Below, piece by piece: positions 12,453 through 22,482 of a stretch of 64,000 nucleotides of DNA. The stretch lies in assembly GCA_963732385.1 (NCBI GenBank), contig CAVSZB010000007.1:416001-480000 (forward strand), read 5' to 3'. The notes below the pieces were generated by a model. It was not told the DNA's origin, searched no databases, and saw only the letters and a program-made list of their open reading frames with translations. Every line of letters begins with the position of its first letter. Position 1 is the stretch's first letter. The position numbers were made by a program, and so were the translations under genes. Source of the DNA: an uncultured bacterium (lineage in GTDB: Bacteria; Krumholzibacteriota; Krumholzibacteriia; LZORAL124-64-63).

Positions 12453-14003
12453 TCACTCCCACTCGATGGTCGCCGGCGGTTTGCTGCTGACGTCATACAC
12501 GACCCTGTTGATGCCCGGCACCTCGTTGATGATCCGGTTGCTGACGCGCGCCAGCAGGTCGGAGGGGATCCGCGCCCAATCCGCTGTCATGCCGTCGCGG
12601 CTGGTCACGGCGCGCAGGGCGACCACCGCCTCGTAGGTGCGCTGGTCACCCATCACGCCGACGGAGTGGATCGGCAGCAGGATCGCACCGGCCTGCCAGA
12701 TCCGCTCGTACTCCCCGCTGGTCTGCAACTCCTCGATGAAGATATGGTCGGCCGCCTGTAATAGACCAACCTGTTCCGGGGTTACCTCCCCCAGGATGCG
12801 CACGGCGAGGCCGGGACCGGGGAACGGATGGCGCATAAGCAGAGGGGGGGGAATGCCGAGCGCCCGTCCCACCGCGCGCACCTCGTCCTTGAACAGGTCG
12901 CGCAGCGGCTCGACGAGCCGGAAACCGAGCTTCTCCGGCAGCCCTCCCACGTTGTGGTGGGTCTTGATCGTGCTCGATGGCCCGCCGAGCGAGACCGACT
13001 CGATCCGGTCCGGATAGAGCGTGCCCTGCGCCAGGCAGCCGAAGGTCCCCTCCTCCCGCGCCGCCTGCTCGAACACCTCGATGAAGGTGGCGCCGATGAT
13101 CCGGCGCTTGCGCTCCGGCTCGGTCACGCCGCGCAGACGTTCCAGGAACATCGCGCCGGCGTCCACGCGGCGCAGCGGCCGGCGGAGTTGCGCGTTGAGC
13201 ACCGTCTCGACCGCGTCCGCCTCCCCCTGGCGCAGCAGCCCGTTGTCCACGAAGACGCAGTGCAGACGATCGCCGACCGCCCGGTCCACGAGGGTGGCCA
13301 CGACCGTCGAGTCCACGCCGCCCGAGACGCCGCACAGCACGTGGTCGGTGCCCACCGTCGCGGCGATCCGCGCCACGGTCTCGGCCACGAATTCCGCCGC
13401 CGACCAGCGCTCGGTGAGGCCGCACATCCCGCGCGCGAATCCCTCGAGCAGGCGCCGGCCGTGTTCGGTGTGCGCGACCTCCGGGTGGAACTGCACGCAG
13501 GCGAAGCGCCGCTTGGGATCGACCGCGGCCGCGAACGGGATCGACTCCGAGCGCGCCAGGACCGTGAACCCTGCCGGCAGCGCGGTGACGCGGTCGCCGT
13601 GGCTCATCCAGACCCGCTGCTGCGCCGGCTGGCCGGCGAACAGCGGACTGTCGGCCGTGACCGTGATCGTGGCGGCGCCGTACTCGCGCTGATCGCCCGC
13701 CTCGACGCGGCCGCCGAGGCGCCGGCACATCAACTGCATTCCGTAGCAGATGCCCAACAACGGTTTGCCGGCGACGAACAGTTCGTCGCCCACGTCGGGG
13801 GAGTCGGGGTCGGTCACCGAGGCGGGGCCGCCCGAGAGGACGATGCCGCGCACCCGCGGGTCGTCCAGCGTTTCGCGCCAGCGATGGAACGGCAGGATCT
13901 CGCTGAAGACCCCCAGTTCGCGCAGCCCCCTGACAATCAGCTGCGTGACCTGCGACCCGAAGTCGAGCACGACGATTCTGGCCTGGCCCGGCGCGGTGTT
14001 CAT
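12453..14003 (-). CDS. guaA: GMP synthase (glutamine-hydrolysing)
   Basis: LDFGSQ, GICYGMQ, QFHPEV, SGGVDS, QGTLYPD, RHPFPGPG and C-terminal KPPATIEWE. Confidence 0.98.
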   Translation of the reverse strand: MNTAPGQARIVVLDFGSQVTQLIVRGLRELGVFSEILPFHRWRETLDDPRVRGIVLSGGPASVTDPDSPDVGDELFVAGKPLLGICYGMQLMCRRLGGRVEAGDQREYGAATITVTADSPLFAGQPAQQRVWMSHGDRVTALPAGFTVLARSESIPFAAAVDPKRRFACVQFHPEVAHTEHGRRLLEGFARGMCGLTERWSAAEFVAETVARIAATVGTDHVLCGVSGGVDSTVVATLVDRAVGDRLHCVFVDNGLLRQGEADAVETVLNAQLRRPLRRVDAGAMFLERLRGVTEPERKRRIIGATFIEVFEQAAREEGTFGCLAQGTLYPDRIESVSLGGPSSTIKTHHNVGGLPEKLGFRLVEPLRDLFKDEVRAVGRALGIPPPLLMRHPFPGPGLAVRILGEVTPEQVGLLQAADHIFIEELQTSGEYERIWQAGAILLPIHSVGVMGDQRTYEAVVALRAVTSRDGMTADWARIPSDLLARVSNRIINEVPGINRVVYDVSSKPPATIEWE

Positions 14004-14022
14004 CGGCTCCTCCGGCGGCGGT

Positions 14023-15570
14023 TCAATGGCGGAAGTGGCGGCGCGCCGCCTGGATCAGCGTGAGGCCGCGCGCCGCAGCGGCCGCGGCCACCGCGGCGTC
14101 GCGCACGGAACCGCCGGGGGCAATCACGGCCGTGATCCCGGCGTCGGCCAACAGGTCGATGCTGTCGGGGAACGGGAAGAAACCGTCGGACGCGGCCACC
14201 GCGCCGCGCGGCTCGAAGCCTCGCTCGCGCGCCTTGTGCAGGGCGAGCCGGACCGCATCGACGCGGCTCATCTGGCCCGCGCCTACCCCGCGCAGTCCGG
14301 TCGCATCCGCCAGCACGATCGCGTTGCTCTTGACGTGCTTGACGGCGCGCCAGGCGAGCGACAGCGCCGCCCGCACGGCGTCCGTGAGGGGCGCCCCGGC
14401 GGCGGGCGTGGCCGTTGCGAGTTCGGGGAAGTCCTCATCCTCGTCCTGGTCGAGCCGCAGACGTCCGAAGGCGCGCGAGGAACCGCGCGTGGCGTCGAGG
14501 AACAGCCCCCGCTCCCAGGTCAGGATCCGCAGGTTTTGGCGGCGGCGCAGGATTTCGAGCGCCCCGGCCGGGAAGTCTGGCGCGGCGACGACCTCGGCGA
14601 ACCGCGCCGCCAGCAACGCGGCGGTCGCCTCGTCCACCGGTACCGAGAAGGCGTAGACCCCGCCGAACGCCGCGTCCGGATCGCACGCCAGCGCCCGTTC
14701 GAGCGCCGTCGCCGGCGTGTCGCCCACGGCAAGGCCGCACGGGTTGGTGTGCTTGATGATCGCGCAGGCCCCCTCCGGAAAATCGGCGGCCAGCTTGAGC
14801 GCGGCGACGAGGTCGACAAGGTTGTTGTACGAAAGCTCCTTGCCGCCCCACAGGCGCAGGCCGCAGTCGCCGAGCGCGCCGGCCAGATCGCGCGTCCCCG
14901 GCACGCTCAGGCGCGCGCCCTGGTGCGGATTCTCACCGTAGCGCAGCGGGATATCGACGGTCGCCGCGGGTGAAGGGCCGGCGAACCAGGCGGCGATGTC
15001 GGCATCGTACGCGGCGGTGCGGGCGAAGACGGCGGCCGCCATCCGGCGTCGGAACTCGAGACTGGTATCGCCGTCGTGACGTCGCAGTTCCCAGAGGAAC
15101 TCCTCGTAGTCGGCCGGCGAGCTGAGCACGGTCACGCGCGCGAAGTTCTTGGCGGCGGCCCGCAGCATGGCCGGCCCGCCGACGTCGATCTGCTCCACGA
15201 CGTCCGCCGCGGGAGCGCCCGCGCGCGCCGCCTCGGCGAAGCGGTAAAGGTTCACGCAGACCACGTCGATCGGCACGATCCCGGTCGCCGCCACCGCGGC
15301 GAAGTCCGCTTCGCGCACGCCGAGGATACCGCCATGAATCGCCGGGTGGAGCGTCTTGACCCGGCCGCCGAAAATCTCGGGGAAGCCGGTCAGATCGCTC
15401 ACCGAGCGGTGGGGAATGCCGTGGCTGGCGAGGAACGCCGCCGTACCGCCGCTGGCCACGAAATCGTAGTCGAACGACTGCATGACGGTGGCGATGTCGG
15501 CGAGACCGCTCTTGTCGGTGACACTGAGCAGGCCGCGACGGGCGCGTTTCAATCCAGGTATGGGCTCCAC
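14023..15570 (-). CDS. purH: Bifunctional AICAR transformylase/IMP cyclohydrolase
   Basis: SVTDK, GGRVKTLHP, IDVGGPAMLRAAAKN, LRYGENPHQ, KELSYNN, KHTNPCG, SDGFFPF and C-terminal RHFRH. Confidence 0.97.
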   Translation of the reverse strand: MEPIPGLKRARRGLLSVTDKSGLADIATVMQSFDYDFVASGGTAAFLASHGIPHRSVSDLTGFPEIFGGRVKTLHPAIHGGILGVREADFAAVAATGIVPIDVVCVNLYRFAEAARAGAPAADVVEQIDVGGPAMLRAAAKNFARVTVLSSPADYEEFLWELRRHDGDTSLEFRRRMAAAVFARTAAYDADIAAWFAGPSPAATVDIPLRYGENPHQGARLSVPGTRDLAGALGDCGLRLWGGKELSYNNLVDLVAALKLAADFPEGACAIIKHTNPCGLAVGDTPATALERALACDPDAAFGGVYAFSVPVDEATAALLAARFAEVVAAPDFPAGALEILRRRQNLRILTWERGLFLDATRGSSRAFGRLRLDQDEDEDFPELATATPAAGAPLTDAVRAALSLAWRAVKHVKSNAIVLADATGLRGVGAGQMSRVDAVRLALHKARERGFEPRGAVAASDGFFPFPDSIDLLADAGITAVIAPGGSVRDAAVAAAAAARGLTLIQAARRHFRH

Positions 15571-16454
15571 GCAGCCGCCTCCTCCGGAAAGAGCAGCGCG
15601 AGCACCTCACGGTAGCGCGCGGCCGTCCGCCGCAGGATGTCGGCCGGCACGATCGGCGGCGGCGGCTCGCGGTTCCAGTCTGACGCGGCGAGATGATTAC
15701 GCAGGATCTGCTTGTCCCAACTCGGGGGATCCTCGCCCGGCCGGGTGGCCGCGGCGGGCCAGAAGCGACTCGAATCGGGGGTGAGCACCTCGTCGATCAG
15801 GGTGAGACGGCCATCGATCCGGCCGAACTCGAACTTCGTGTCGGCCACGATCACGCCGCGTGGCGCGGCCAGCGCGGTCGCTTCCCGATAGAGGTGCAGC
15901 GTCAGATCGCGCGTCGCCACCGCTGCCGTCTCCCCGATGAGGGCGCACGCGGCGGCAAAGTCGATGTTCTCGTCGTGCCCCTCCTCTGCCTTCGTCGAGG
16001 GGGTGAAGATCGGCTCGGGCAACTGCTGCGCCAGCAACAGCCCCGTCGGCAGCGTCACGCCGCAGATCGCGCCGGAGCGACGGTACGCGGCGAAAGCGGA
16101 GCCGGCGAGGTAGCCGCGCGCCACACACTCGATCGGCAGGCGTTCGGCCTTGCGCACCAGCATGCTCCGCCCCCCCAGTTCGTCCCGCAGCGCGCGGAAG
16201 GGAGGCGGAAATGCGGTGGGGTCGGCGGTGATCAGGTGGTTGGGCAGGTCGGGAAAACGCGCGAGCCAGGCGAGCGTCATCACCGTCAGAACGACGCCGC
16301 GCCCCGGCACAGCCTCGGCCATGACCACGTCGTAGGCGGAGATGCGGTCGGTGGCGACGATGAGCAGCTCATCGCCCAGGTCGAAGATCTCACGCACCTT
16401 GCCGCGGAAGTCGGGTTTGAGCCCGAGCTCGGAGGTGCTGCGCAGCGATCGCAT
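15549..16454 (-). CDS. purC: SAICAR synthase
   Basis: GKVREI, TDRISAYD, IFTPSTKA..GHDENI, DTKFEFG, DEVLTPDSSRFW. Confidence 0.97.
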   Translation of the reverse strand: MRSLRSTSELGLKPDFRGKVREIFDLGDELLIVATDRISAYDVVMAEAVPGRGVVLTVMTLAWLARFPDLPNHLITADPTAFPPPFRALRDELGGRSMLVRKAERLPIECVARGYLAGSAFAAYRRSGAICGVTLPTGLLLAQQLPEPIFTPSTKAEEGHDENIDFAAACALIGETAAVATRDLTLHLYREATALAAPRGVIVADTKFEFGRIDGRLTLIDEVLTPDSSRFWPAAATRPGEDPPSWDKQILRNHLAASDWNREPPPPIVPADILRRTAARYREVLALLFPEEAAAWSPYLD

Positions 16455-16529
16455 GGCGCTCCCTGCCGGGAAGGGACGGTGGCGGCCCCGGACTCGCGGC
16501 CGATGAATATGAGGGGCGAAACCGGCGGC

Positions 16530-16558
16530 ATCTTAGGGAGGGGCGCGGGGGGTGTCAA
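16530..16558 (-). promoter_or_regulatory. Putative sigma70 promoter for the purC-purH-guaA operon
   Basis: Minus strand TTGACA-N17-TAAGAT about 75 nt upstream of purC. Confidence 0.65.
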
Positions 16559-19112
16559 GGCGTGGCGGGAGCGAGGGCGGGAGACGGCCGCTGCGGCCGC
16601 GCGCGGTGCGCCAGTGGAGCGCCCCCGTCCGCTCCCACTGCAGGCGCACGGTGCCGTCAAGGTCGGTGCGCAGCGGCACCAGGGTGTCGCCCCGGGCCAG
16701 GAAAGGTCCGTGACTCGGATGCCGGTGCCGGTTGGCCACACCGCAAGAGATCAGCACGAGCCGCGGTGTTGCGGCGTCGAGCAGAGCATCGCTGCCGCTC
16801 GTCGCGCTGCCGTGGTGCCCGGCCTTCCAGACCTGGAGCGGGCCGTCGCCAGCCAGGCCCCCGGTGGTCAGCAGCGACTCCTCCCCCGCCCGGCCGAGGT
16901 CGCCGGTCCAGAGCGCGATCGCGCGCCCTTCCCGGCGCAACACGAGCGACGGGGAGCGATCGTTGGCGTCACCGGGGTTCGCCAGACCGGGGTGCGCGCA
17001 AACCAGCGCCCAGCCGTCGGCGGCGTACAGCACATCGCCGGCGCGCGGCCTCCGCACCGCAGCTTTTGACGGCAGGTCGAGGGCGGCCGGATCGCAGTCG
17101 CCGGCGAGCCACCAGGCGTCGACTCGGCGCCGGGCGATCACCGTCGGGACGCCGCCAACATGATCGTCGTGCGCGTGGGTGATGACGACGGCGGCGAGCC
17201 GCCGCACCCCCTCGCGATCGAGCCACGGCCCCGGCACGCGCGCGAAGGCGCTGCCGGTGGTGAGGCTCGGACCGGTATCGATCAGCACGGCGGCGCGGTC
17301 AGGAAACACCAGCACGGCGCAATCTCCCTGCCCTACGGCGAACTGCATCGCCGTCATGGCGCTGCGGGGCGCGGCCCGGCCCCACGGCAGGAGCGCGAGC
17401 ATCGCCATGGCGCCGGCCAGCAGCCCGAGCGCCGAGCGGCGGGGCGCGTCGGCGCAATGGCGCAGGCAGAAGCCGAGCCAGACCGAAGCGAGCAACAGGC
17501 CTGCCAGCCGCAGCGGGCCCAGTGGCGGCGCGCCGAAACTCGCGCCGGAGACCCGGTCAAGCAGGCCGGCGCTCGCCTCGAGCAGCCGCGCCAACAGCCA
17601 GCAGTCGGCGAACAGCGCCTGGGCAAGGCCGCAATGGAACGACGCCGCAGCCAGCCCCAGACTGGCCAGCCAGACGATGCCGGTGAAGAGTGGCACGGCC
17701 CAGAGATTGACTAAGGGCGACAGCAGGTTGAGCCTGCCGAAGCAGGCCGCCGTGTCAGGCAGAGTGAACCACTGCGCCCCGAGAGTGACGGCCAGCCCTA
17801 ACGACAGCCAGCGCCAGCGCCTCGGCGCAGCCCGCCAGAGCGGACCTGCCCCACGGAGGGTCGCCACCAGGCCGACAGCCGCCAGATAGGAGAGCCGACA
17901 GCCGGCATCGAGCACAATCCAGGGCTGGGCCTGCAGGGTGAGCCAGAACAGGACCCCCAGAACGTGCAGCGGATCGGTGCGGCGGCCCAGCAGCGGCGCG
18001 GCCAACGCCAGCAGACCGAGCGCCACCGCCCGCAACACCGACCCGGTCAGGCCCGACAGCACGGCGTAGGCTGGCAGAGTCGCCAGCGCGACGCAGAAGC
18101 GGGCGCCGGGTCCCGGTCGCAGCGGCCGGGCGAGCGTGAACAGCACCGCCACGATGATGCCGACGTTCAGGCCACTGACCGCGAACAGGTGGGCCAGGCC
18201 GATCCGCGCCATCGGCGCCTGGTTGGCGCGGGCCGCCGCGTCGCGCTCCCCCAGCAGCACCGAACCGAGCAGTCCCGATTCGCGCGGCGGCAGGTTGCGA
18301 TCGAGGGTGTCGAGGATCCAATCGTGAAGGGCGCTCAACGCCGATCCTGCCGGCGCGCGCCAGCGGTCCGGGGGGGCCGCGGCCGGAGGATTCGCAGGAT
18401 CGGCGCCGCGCCAGCGTCCTTCCCAGAGCGTCCCGCGCCCGGCGAGAAAGCGGGCCATATCGAAGCCGCCCGAGCAGACACTGCCGGCCGGCGGCCCCGC
18501 CTCGAGCAGGCCGGCCAGGACGGCGCCGAACCGGGGGGCTTCGCCACGGCCGTGCAGCAGGACGGCGTCGCCGGGAAGGGGGGGTGGGGAGGCATCGCCG
18601 GCGAGGCGCCGCCCCAGCGCCAGCACCACGGCTGGGGCGGTCCAGGCGTCTGTGCGCTGATCCGCCCACCCGGTCACCCGCACGCAGGCCCCCGCGCGCC
18701 AGACCCGTCGGCGGCTGGGGGTCCAGGGGGTGATGGCGCAGGCCTCGGCGCGCGCCCGGCGGGTCCGGACCTCGCCGCGTCCATGCGCGAAGGCGGCGAC
18801 TGCGGTGGCGCTCCAGATCGCGACATCCCAGACGCCTGGCGGCCGCAGGACCAGGGCCGCGGGAAGCAGACCGGCCAGACGCAGCGCGCGGTTGTCGGGG
18901 GGACGCGCGGCGGCGGGAACCACGAGGGGGACGGCGCCTCCGCGCCAACCACCGGCCGCGAAGGCAAGCAGCCAGATCAGGGCCCAGACGAGCGGCCAGC
19001 GGCGGCGGGCCGCAACGGCCGCGCGGCGCAGCTGCCCGCGGGGGGTCAGCCGGACGGATGGATCGGTGGCGCCAGGATGTGCGGTTCCCCCTGAGGATTC
19101 CAGAAGGTGCAC
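16533..19112 (-). CDS. comEC: ComEC/Rec2 DNA-uptake competence protein with metallo-beta-lactamase domain
   Basis: GLAHLFAVSGLNV competence domain, LSYLA, VGQGD, THAHDDHVGG, KAGHHGS, RTDLDG. True start probably downstream of 19112. Confidence 0.88.
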   Translation of the reverse strand: MHLLESSGGTAHPGATDPSVRLTPRGQLRRAAVAARRRWPLVWALIWLLAFAAGGWRGGAVPLVVPAAARPPDNRALRLAGLLPAALVLRPPGVWDVAIWSATAVAAFAHGRGEVRTRRARAEACAITPWTPSRRRVWRAGACVRVTGWADQRTDAWTAPAVVLALGRRLAGDASPPPLPGDAVLLHGRGEAPRFGAVLAGLLEAGPPAGSVCSGGFDMARFLAGRGTLWEGRWRGADPANPPAAAPPDRWRAPAGSALSALHDWILDTLDRNLPPRESGLLGSVLLGERDAAARANQAPMARIGLAHLFAVSGLNVGIIVAVLFTLARPLRPGPGARFCVALATLPAYAVLSGLTGSVLRAVALGLLALAAPLLGRRTDPLHVLGVLFWLTLQAQPWIVLDAGCRLSYLAAVGLVATLRGAGPLWRAAPRRWRWLSLGLAVTLGAQWFTLPDTAACFGRLNLLSPLVNLWAVPLFTGIVWLASLGLAAASFHCGLAQALFADCWLLARLLEASAGLLDRVSGASFGAPPLGPLRLAGLLLASVWLGFCLRHCADAPRRSALGLLAGAMAMLALLPWGRAAPRSAMTAMQFAVGQGDCAVLVFPDRAAVLIDTGPSLTTGSAFARVPGPWLDREGVRRLAAVVITHAHDDHVGGVPTVIARRRVDAWWLAGDCDPAALDLPSKAAVRRPRAGDVLYAADGWALVCAHPGLANPGDANDRSPSLVLRREGRAIALWTGDLGRAGEESLLTTGGLAGDGPLQVWKAGHHGSATSGSDALLDAATPRLVLISCGVANRHRHPSHGPFLARGDTLVPLRTDLDGTVRLQWERTGALHWRTARGRSGRLPPSLPPRLDTPRAPP

Positions 19113-20464
19113 CGATTGCGTCCCCCGCGCTTCGACAGGTAGAGCATGCCGTCAGCCTTGCGATAGAGCTCGGCCGGATCGATGCCCCCCTCGGGAAAGG
19201 TCACTCCACCGTAGGAGAGGGTGACAGCCTGCGGTTCGGCCGCCCCGGGAAAGTTGAAGCGCATCCGGTCGATCCGCTCCAGCAGCCGCTGGCATACCTC
19301 CTGGGCGGCCGCCGGCTGGGTGTCAGGCAGGATCAGGGCGAACTCCTCACCGCCGATCCGGCAGACCAGATCGATCCGGCGCAGCCCGCCGAGCAGCTCC
19401 CGCGCCACCGTGCGCAGCACCTCGTCTCCGACCGGATGGCCCCAGTTGTCGTTGATCCGCTTGAAGTGGTCGATGTCGGCCAGGACCAGCGCCAGCGGCG
19501 ATTCCCGCCGGCGCGCGCGTTCGATCTCGAGCCCGAGTTGCCCGTCGAAATAGGCCCGGTTGTGCACGCCGGTCAGGCTGTCGGAGTGAACCAGCCGGCT
19601 CATATCGAGATGCTGTCGCCAACGGGTGGTGACAAAGCGGCTGATCAGGCGGGCATCGTGCAGCAGGCGTGCGCGGGACGTGGCCTGGGACGCCGACAAC
19701 AGCAGCAGGCCCGCCTCCCCGGCCCGGACCTCCTCTTCCAACGGGGCGAGCAGCGGCACCGCCGCGGCGCCGGAAAAATTGAGTTCCCCGGTCCCGTCAA
19801 GCACGCGGCGCAGTGCGGGCGGCAGGTCGGCAGCGGTCGTGAACCAGACGGCGCCGCCCGCGGGGCGATTGGAGGCCCAGAGGGGGGCACCGGGGCCGCT
19901 CACCAGTGGCGCCACGCGGCGCGGGACCAGACCTGGATCGAGGTCCCCGGCGAGCAGCACGCCGAGCCGTCGTTGCGGCAGGGCGCGGGCGAGCAGGCTA
20001 AGAATCCCCTCCAGAACCGCCTGCCGGTGCGCATCGCGCGGCTCCCCCATGGCCAGCGCCTGCGCCTGCTCCATGGCCAGCAGAAGCGCCGGCAGCCCGT
20101 CGGAGGCGGGCGGGCCGGCGAGGGACGCCGGGGGCGCAGGCTCCGGCTTCGGCGACATGGTGGGCGCGGCCACCAGCGGCAACCCGGGCGGCAAGCCGGA
20201 GCGCGAAAGCGCGGAGAGGTCGAGCACATGGGCGTTGCCGCGCAATACGAACAGGGCGCCCGGCTCACGTGAGCCTTCGATCGCCACCTGGATCAGATCG
20301 CCGCGGCGGACCAGCTCCCCCGCCACCGCCCGGGCCACCCGCAGCTGTCGCGCCGCATCGCCACTGGCGACCGCCTGCCGCGCCCCCCGGCGCAGCACTG
20401 GGCCAACGGAATCGAGGGGAAGCAGCCGGGTCAGCAGTTTCAGGGCGTCAGGTCTGTGGGACAA
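19046..20464 (-). CDS. Diguanylate cyclase (GGDEF) with N-terminal GAF-like region
   Basis: DSLTGVHNR, DIDHFKRINDNWGH, RRID (RxxD I-site) and RIGGEEF active site. Confidence 0.9.
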   Translation of the reverse strand: MSHRPDALKLLTRLLPLDSVGPVLRRGARQAVASGDAARQLRVARAVAGELVRRGDLIQVAIEGSREPGALFVLRGNAHVLDLSALSRSGLPPGLPLVAAPTMSPKPEPAPPASLAGPPASDGLPALLLAMEQAQALAMGEPRDAHRQAVLEGILSLLARALPQRRLGVLLAGDLDPGLVPRRVAPLVSGPGAPLWASNRPAGGAVWFTTAADLPPALRRVLDGTGELNFSGAAAVPLLAPLEEEVRAGEAGLLLLSASQATSRARLLHDARLISRFVTTRWRQHLDMSRLVHSDSLTGVHNRAYFDGQLGLEIERARRRESPLALVLADIDHFKRINDNWGHPVGDEVLRTVARELLGGLRRIDLVCRIGGEEFALILPDTQPAAAQEVCQRLLERIDRMRFNFPGAAEPQAVTLSYGGVTFPEGGIDPAELYRKADGMLYLSKRGGRNRCTFWNPQGEPHILAPPIHPSG

Positions 20465-20678
20465 CGCTGGGTACTCCCGGGTTGCAGCGCAGGCGGTTTT
20501 CCCTTGACCGGAAGGGCGCGTGTCACTTAGATGAACTGGTCAATTATCTCACATCGACCGGGCGCTGGCAACGGGCGCCCGCCGCCCGGCGCATCTGCTC
20601 ACGCGCAGAACGGGCCCCAGGACCATGCCCCGTGGGCCGCCAGAGCTGGAAGCTCGAGCCGCCGGAGGAACGTCAAGG

Positions 20679-22463
20679 ATGACTATTGCTCCCTGTCACC
20701 AGGGCACGACGCCCATCCGGGGCCGTGGTCCCGCGGCCCTGATCTGTCCGCTGTTGTGCCTGTTGTACCTGCCGGTCGGGTGCGCTGGCCAGAGGACTCC
20801 TCCCCCGTCTACGTCTACATCGCCTCCATTCGTGGGCGAACTGCCGACGGGACCGGCCGAGACTTCCGAGTCCTGGTGGGATTCGTTGGTCTCGCCTGAC
20901 ATCTCTCCCGAACGGTCCGCCTGGTTCGATGTGCATCCCGAGGTGGCGGAACTAGAAGATGCCCACCGGCAGATCGTGGCGTTGCTGGCGCGCGGCCTGC
21001 TCGATCCGGCGGACGATCTGCTCTATCTCCTGCGCAAGCAGATGGCAGTCGGCTCGGTGACTGACGACGACAGTCTCTCCACCGCCTACCGCCAGAGTCT
21101 CGACCGGCGGCTGATCCTGCTGGCCGGGCTGCTCGCGGAAGAGCACGCCATGCGCGGGGAATCGACGCCCGCGGACTCGCTGCTGGAGGAAGCGTACGCC
21201 GACATTCGGGGGCTGGTCCTGCCCGACACCATCGCTCCGGTGCCGCTGGAGGCGCGTCGGGCGATGGCCGAACTGCTCCGTCTGGACAACGATCGCGTGC
21301 AGGAGTGGCTCGCCTATTTCTGCGGGCCGGGCCGCAAGCACTTCGATCGCTGGCTGGAGCGCAAGTCGGTAATCGAGACCACGGTGACCGATATTCTGGC
21401 CGAGGCGGGGCTGCCGCCCGAACTGCTCTACATGAGCGTCATCGAGAGTGGCCTCAACGCCCATGCCCGCTCGCGCGTCGGCGCGGTCGGCTACTGGCAG
21501 TTCATGCCCGGCACGGCGCGCCATTTCTCGCTGCGGCACGACACCTGGGTGGACGAGCGGCGCGACCTGGACCGCTCGACCCGGGCTGCCGCCACCTATG
21601 TCACGCAACTCTACAACTACTTCCAGGACTGGGCGCTCGTGCTGGCGGCCTACAACGCTGGCGAGGGACGGATCGATCGGATGATCCGACGCGCCGGCCA
21701 TCGCGATTACTGGCGGTTGCCGCTGCCGGCGGAGACGCGCAACCACATTCCGAAGTTCATCGCCGCCTACCGTATCGCCAGCGATCCGACGCAATACGGG
21801 TTCGCCGCCATCCCCTCCACGCCCCTCGTCTGCGATTCGATACAGGTGGATGACGCGACCGACCTGAAAGTGATCGCCCGTTGCGCCGGAGTGTCGGCAG
21901 ACACGCTGCGCACGCTCAATGCCGCGTTGGTGCGCGGCGTGACGCCGCCTGGCGGCCGGAACTGGACAGTGCGGGTTCCGCTCGGCACCGGCGAGCAGTG
22001 CCGGCAGAAGCTGGCCGCGGTCCCCGCCGCCGAGCGGGTCGTCTGGACCAGCCACACGGTGCGCAAGGGCGACACGCTGGGCAGCATCGCGCGCCGCTAC
22101 GGCACGACCGTGGCGCAGCTGCGCGAGGTCAATCGGCTCAACCGTTCCGGCCTGATCCACCCGGGGGATGTCCTGCAGATCCCGCAGGGCGCCGGCGGCG
22201 GACCCGGAGCCAGGGACGCGGTCGTGGCGACGTCAGCCGCCCGCAAGACGACCGGGAAAACCGGCCGCGCGGCGGTGGCTACGCCCGAGGGTTATGAGCA
22301 GATCTCCTACAGGGTGCAGCGGGGGGACACTCTGGGGGCCATCGCCCGCAGGCTGGGAGTGTCCCTGGATCATCTGCGGCAGGTGAATAACCTGAAACGG
22401 AGCAGCCTGATCCGGCCGGGCCAGCGTCTGATCGCCCACCGCCGGCCGGCGCGGGCCGGTTGA
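20679..22463 (+). CDS. mltD: MltD-like lytic transglycosylase lipoprotein with two LysM domains
   Basis: GGAGG RBS; lipobox-like LPVGC; IESG..AVGYWQFMP..AAYNAG..ETRNHIPK; two LysM domains (HTVRKGDTL, YRVQRGDTL). Confidence 0.88.
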   Translation: MTIAPCHQGTTPIRGRGPAALICPLLCLLYLPVGCAGQRTPPPSTSTSPPFVGELPTGPAETSESWWDSLVSPDISPERSAWFDVHPEVAELEDAHRQIVALLARGLLDPADDLLYLLRKQMAVGSVTDDDSLSTAYRQSLDRRLILLAGLLAEEHAMRGESTPADSLLEEAYADIRGLVLPDTIAPVPLEARRAMAELLRLDNDRVQEWLAYFCGPGRKHFDRWLERKSVIETTVTDILAEAGLPPELLYMSVIESGLNAHARSRVGAVGYWQFMPGTARHFSLRHDTWVDERRDLDRSTRAAATYVTQLYNYFQDWALVLAAYNAGEGRIDRMIRRAGHRDYWRLPLPAETRNHIPKFIAAYRIASDPTQYGFAAIPSTPLVCDSIQVDDATDLKVIARCAGVSADTLRTLNAALVRGVTPPGGRNWTVRVPLGTGEQCRQKLAAVPAAERVVWTSHTVRKGDTLGSIARRYGTTVAQLREVNRLNRSGLIHPGDVLQIPQGAGGGPGARDAVVATSAARKTTGKTGRAAVATPEGYEQISYRVQRGDTLGAIARRLGVSLDHLRQVNNLKRSSLIRPGQRLIAHRRPARAG

Positions 22464-22482
22464 ACGACCGGGATGGCGGCGC

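Noticed and set aside
18150..18200. ComEC SGLNV instead of SGLHV as a sign of inactivation
   Set aside because: Asn at this position occurs in other ComEC proteins, and the ORF and MBL motifs are intact.
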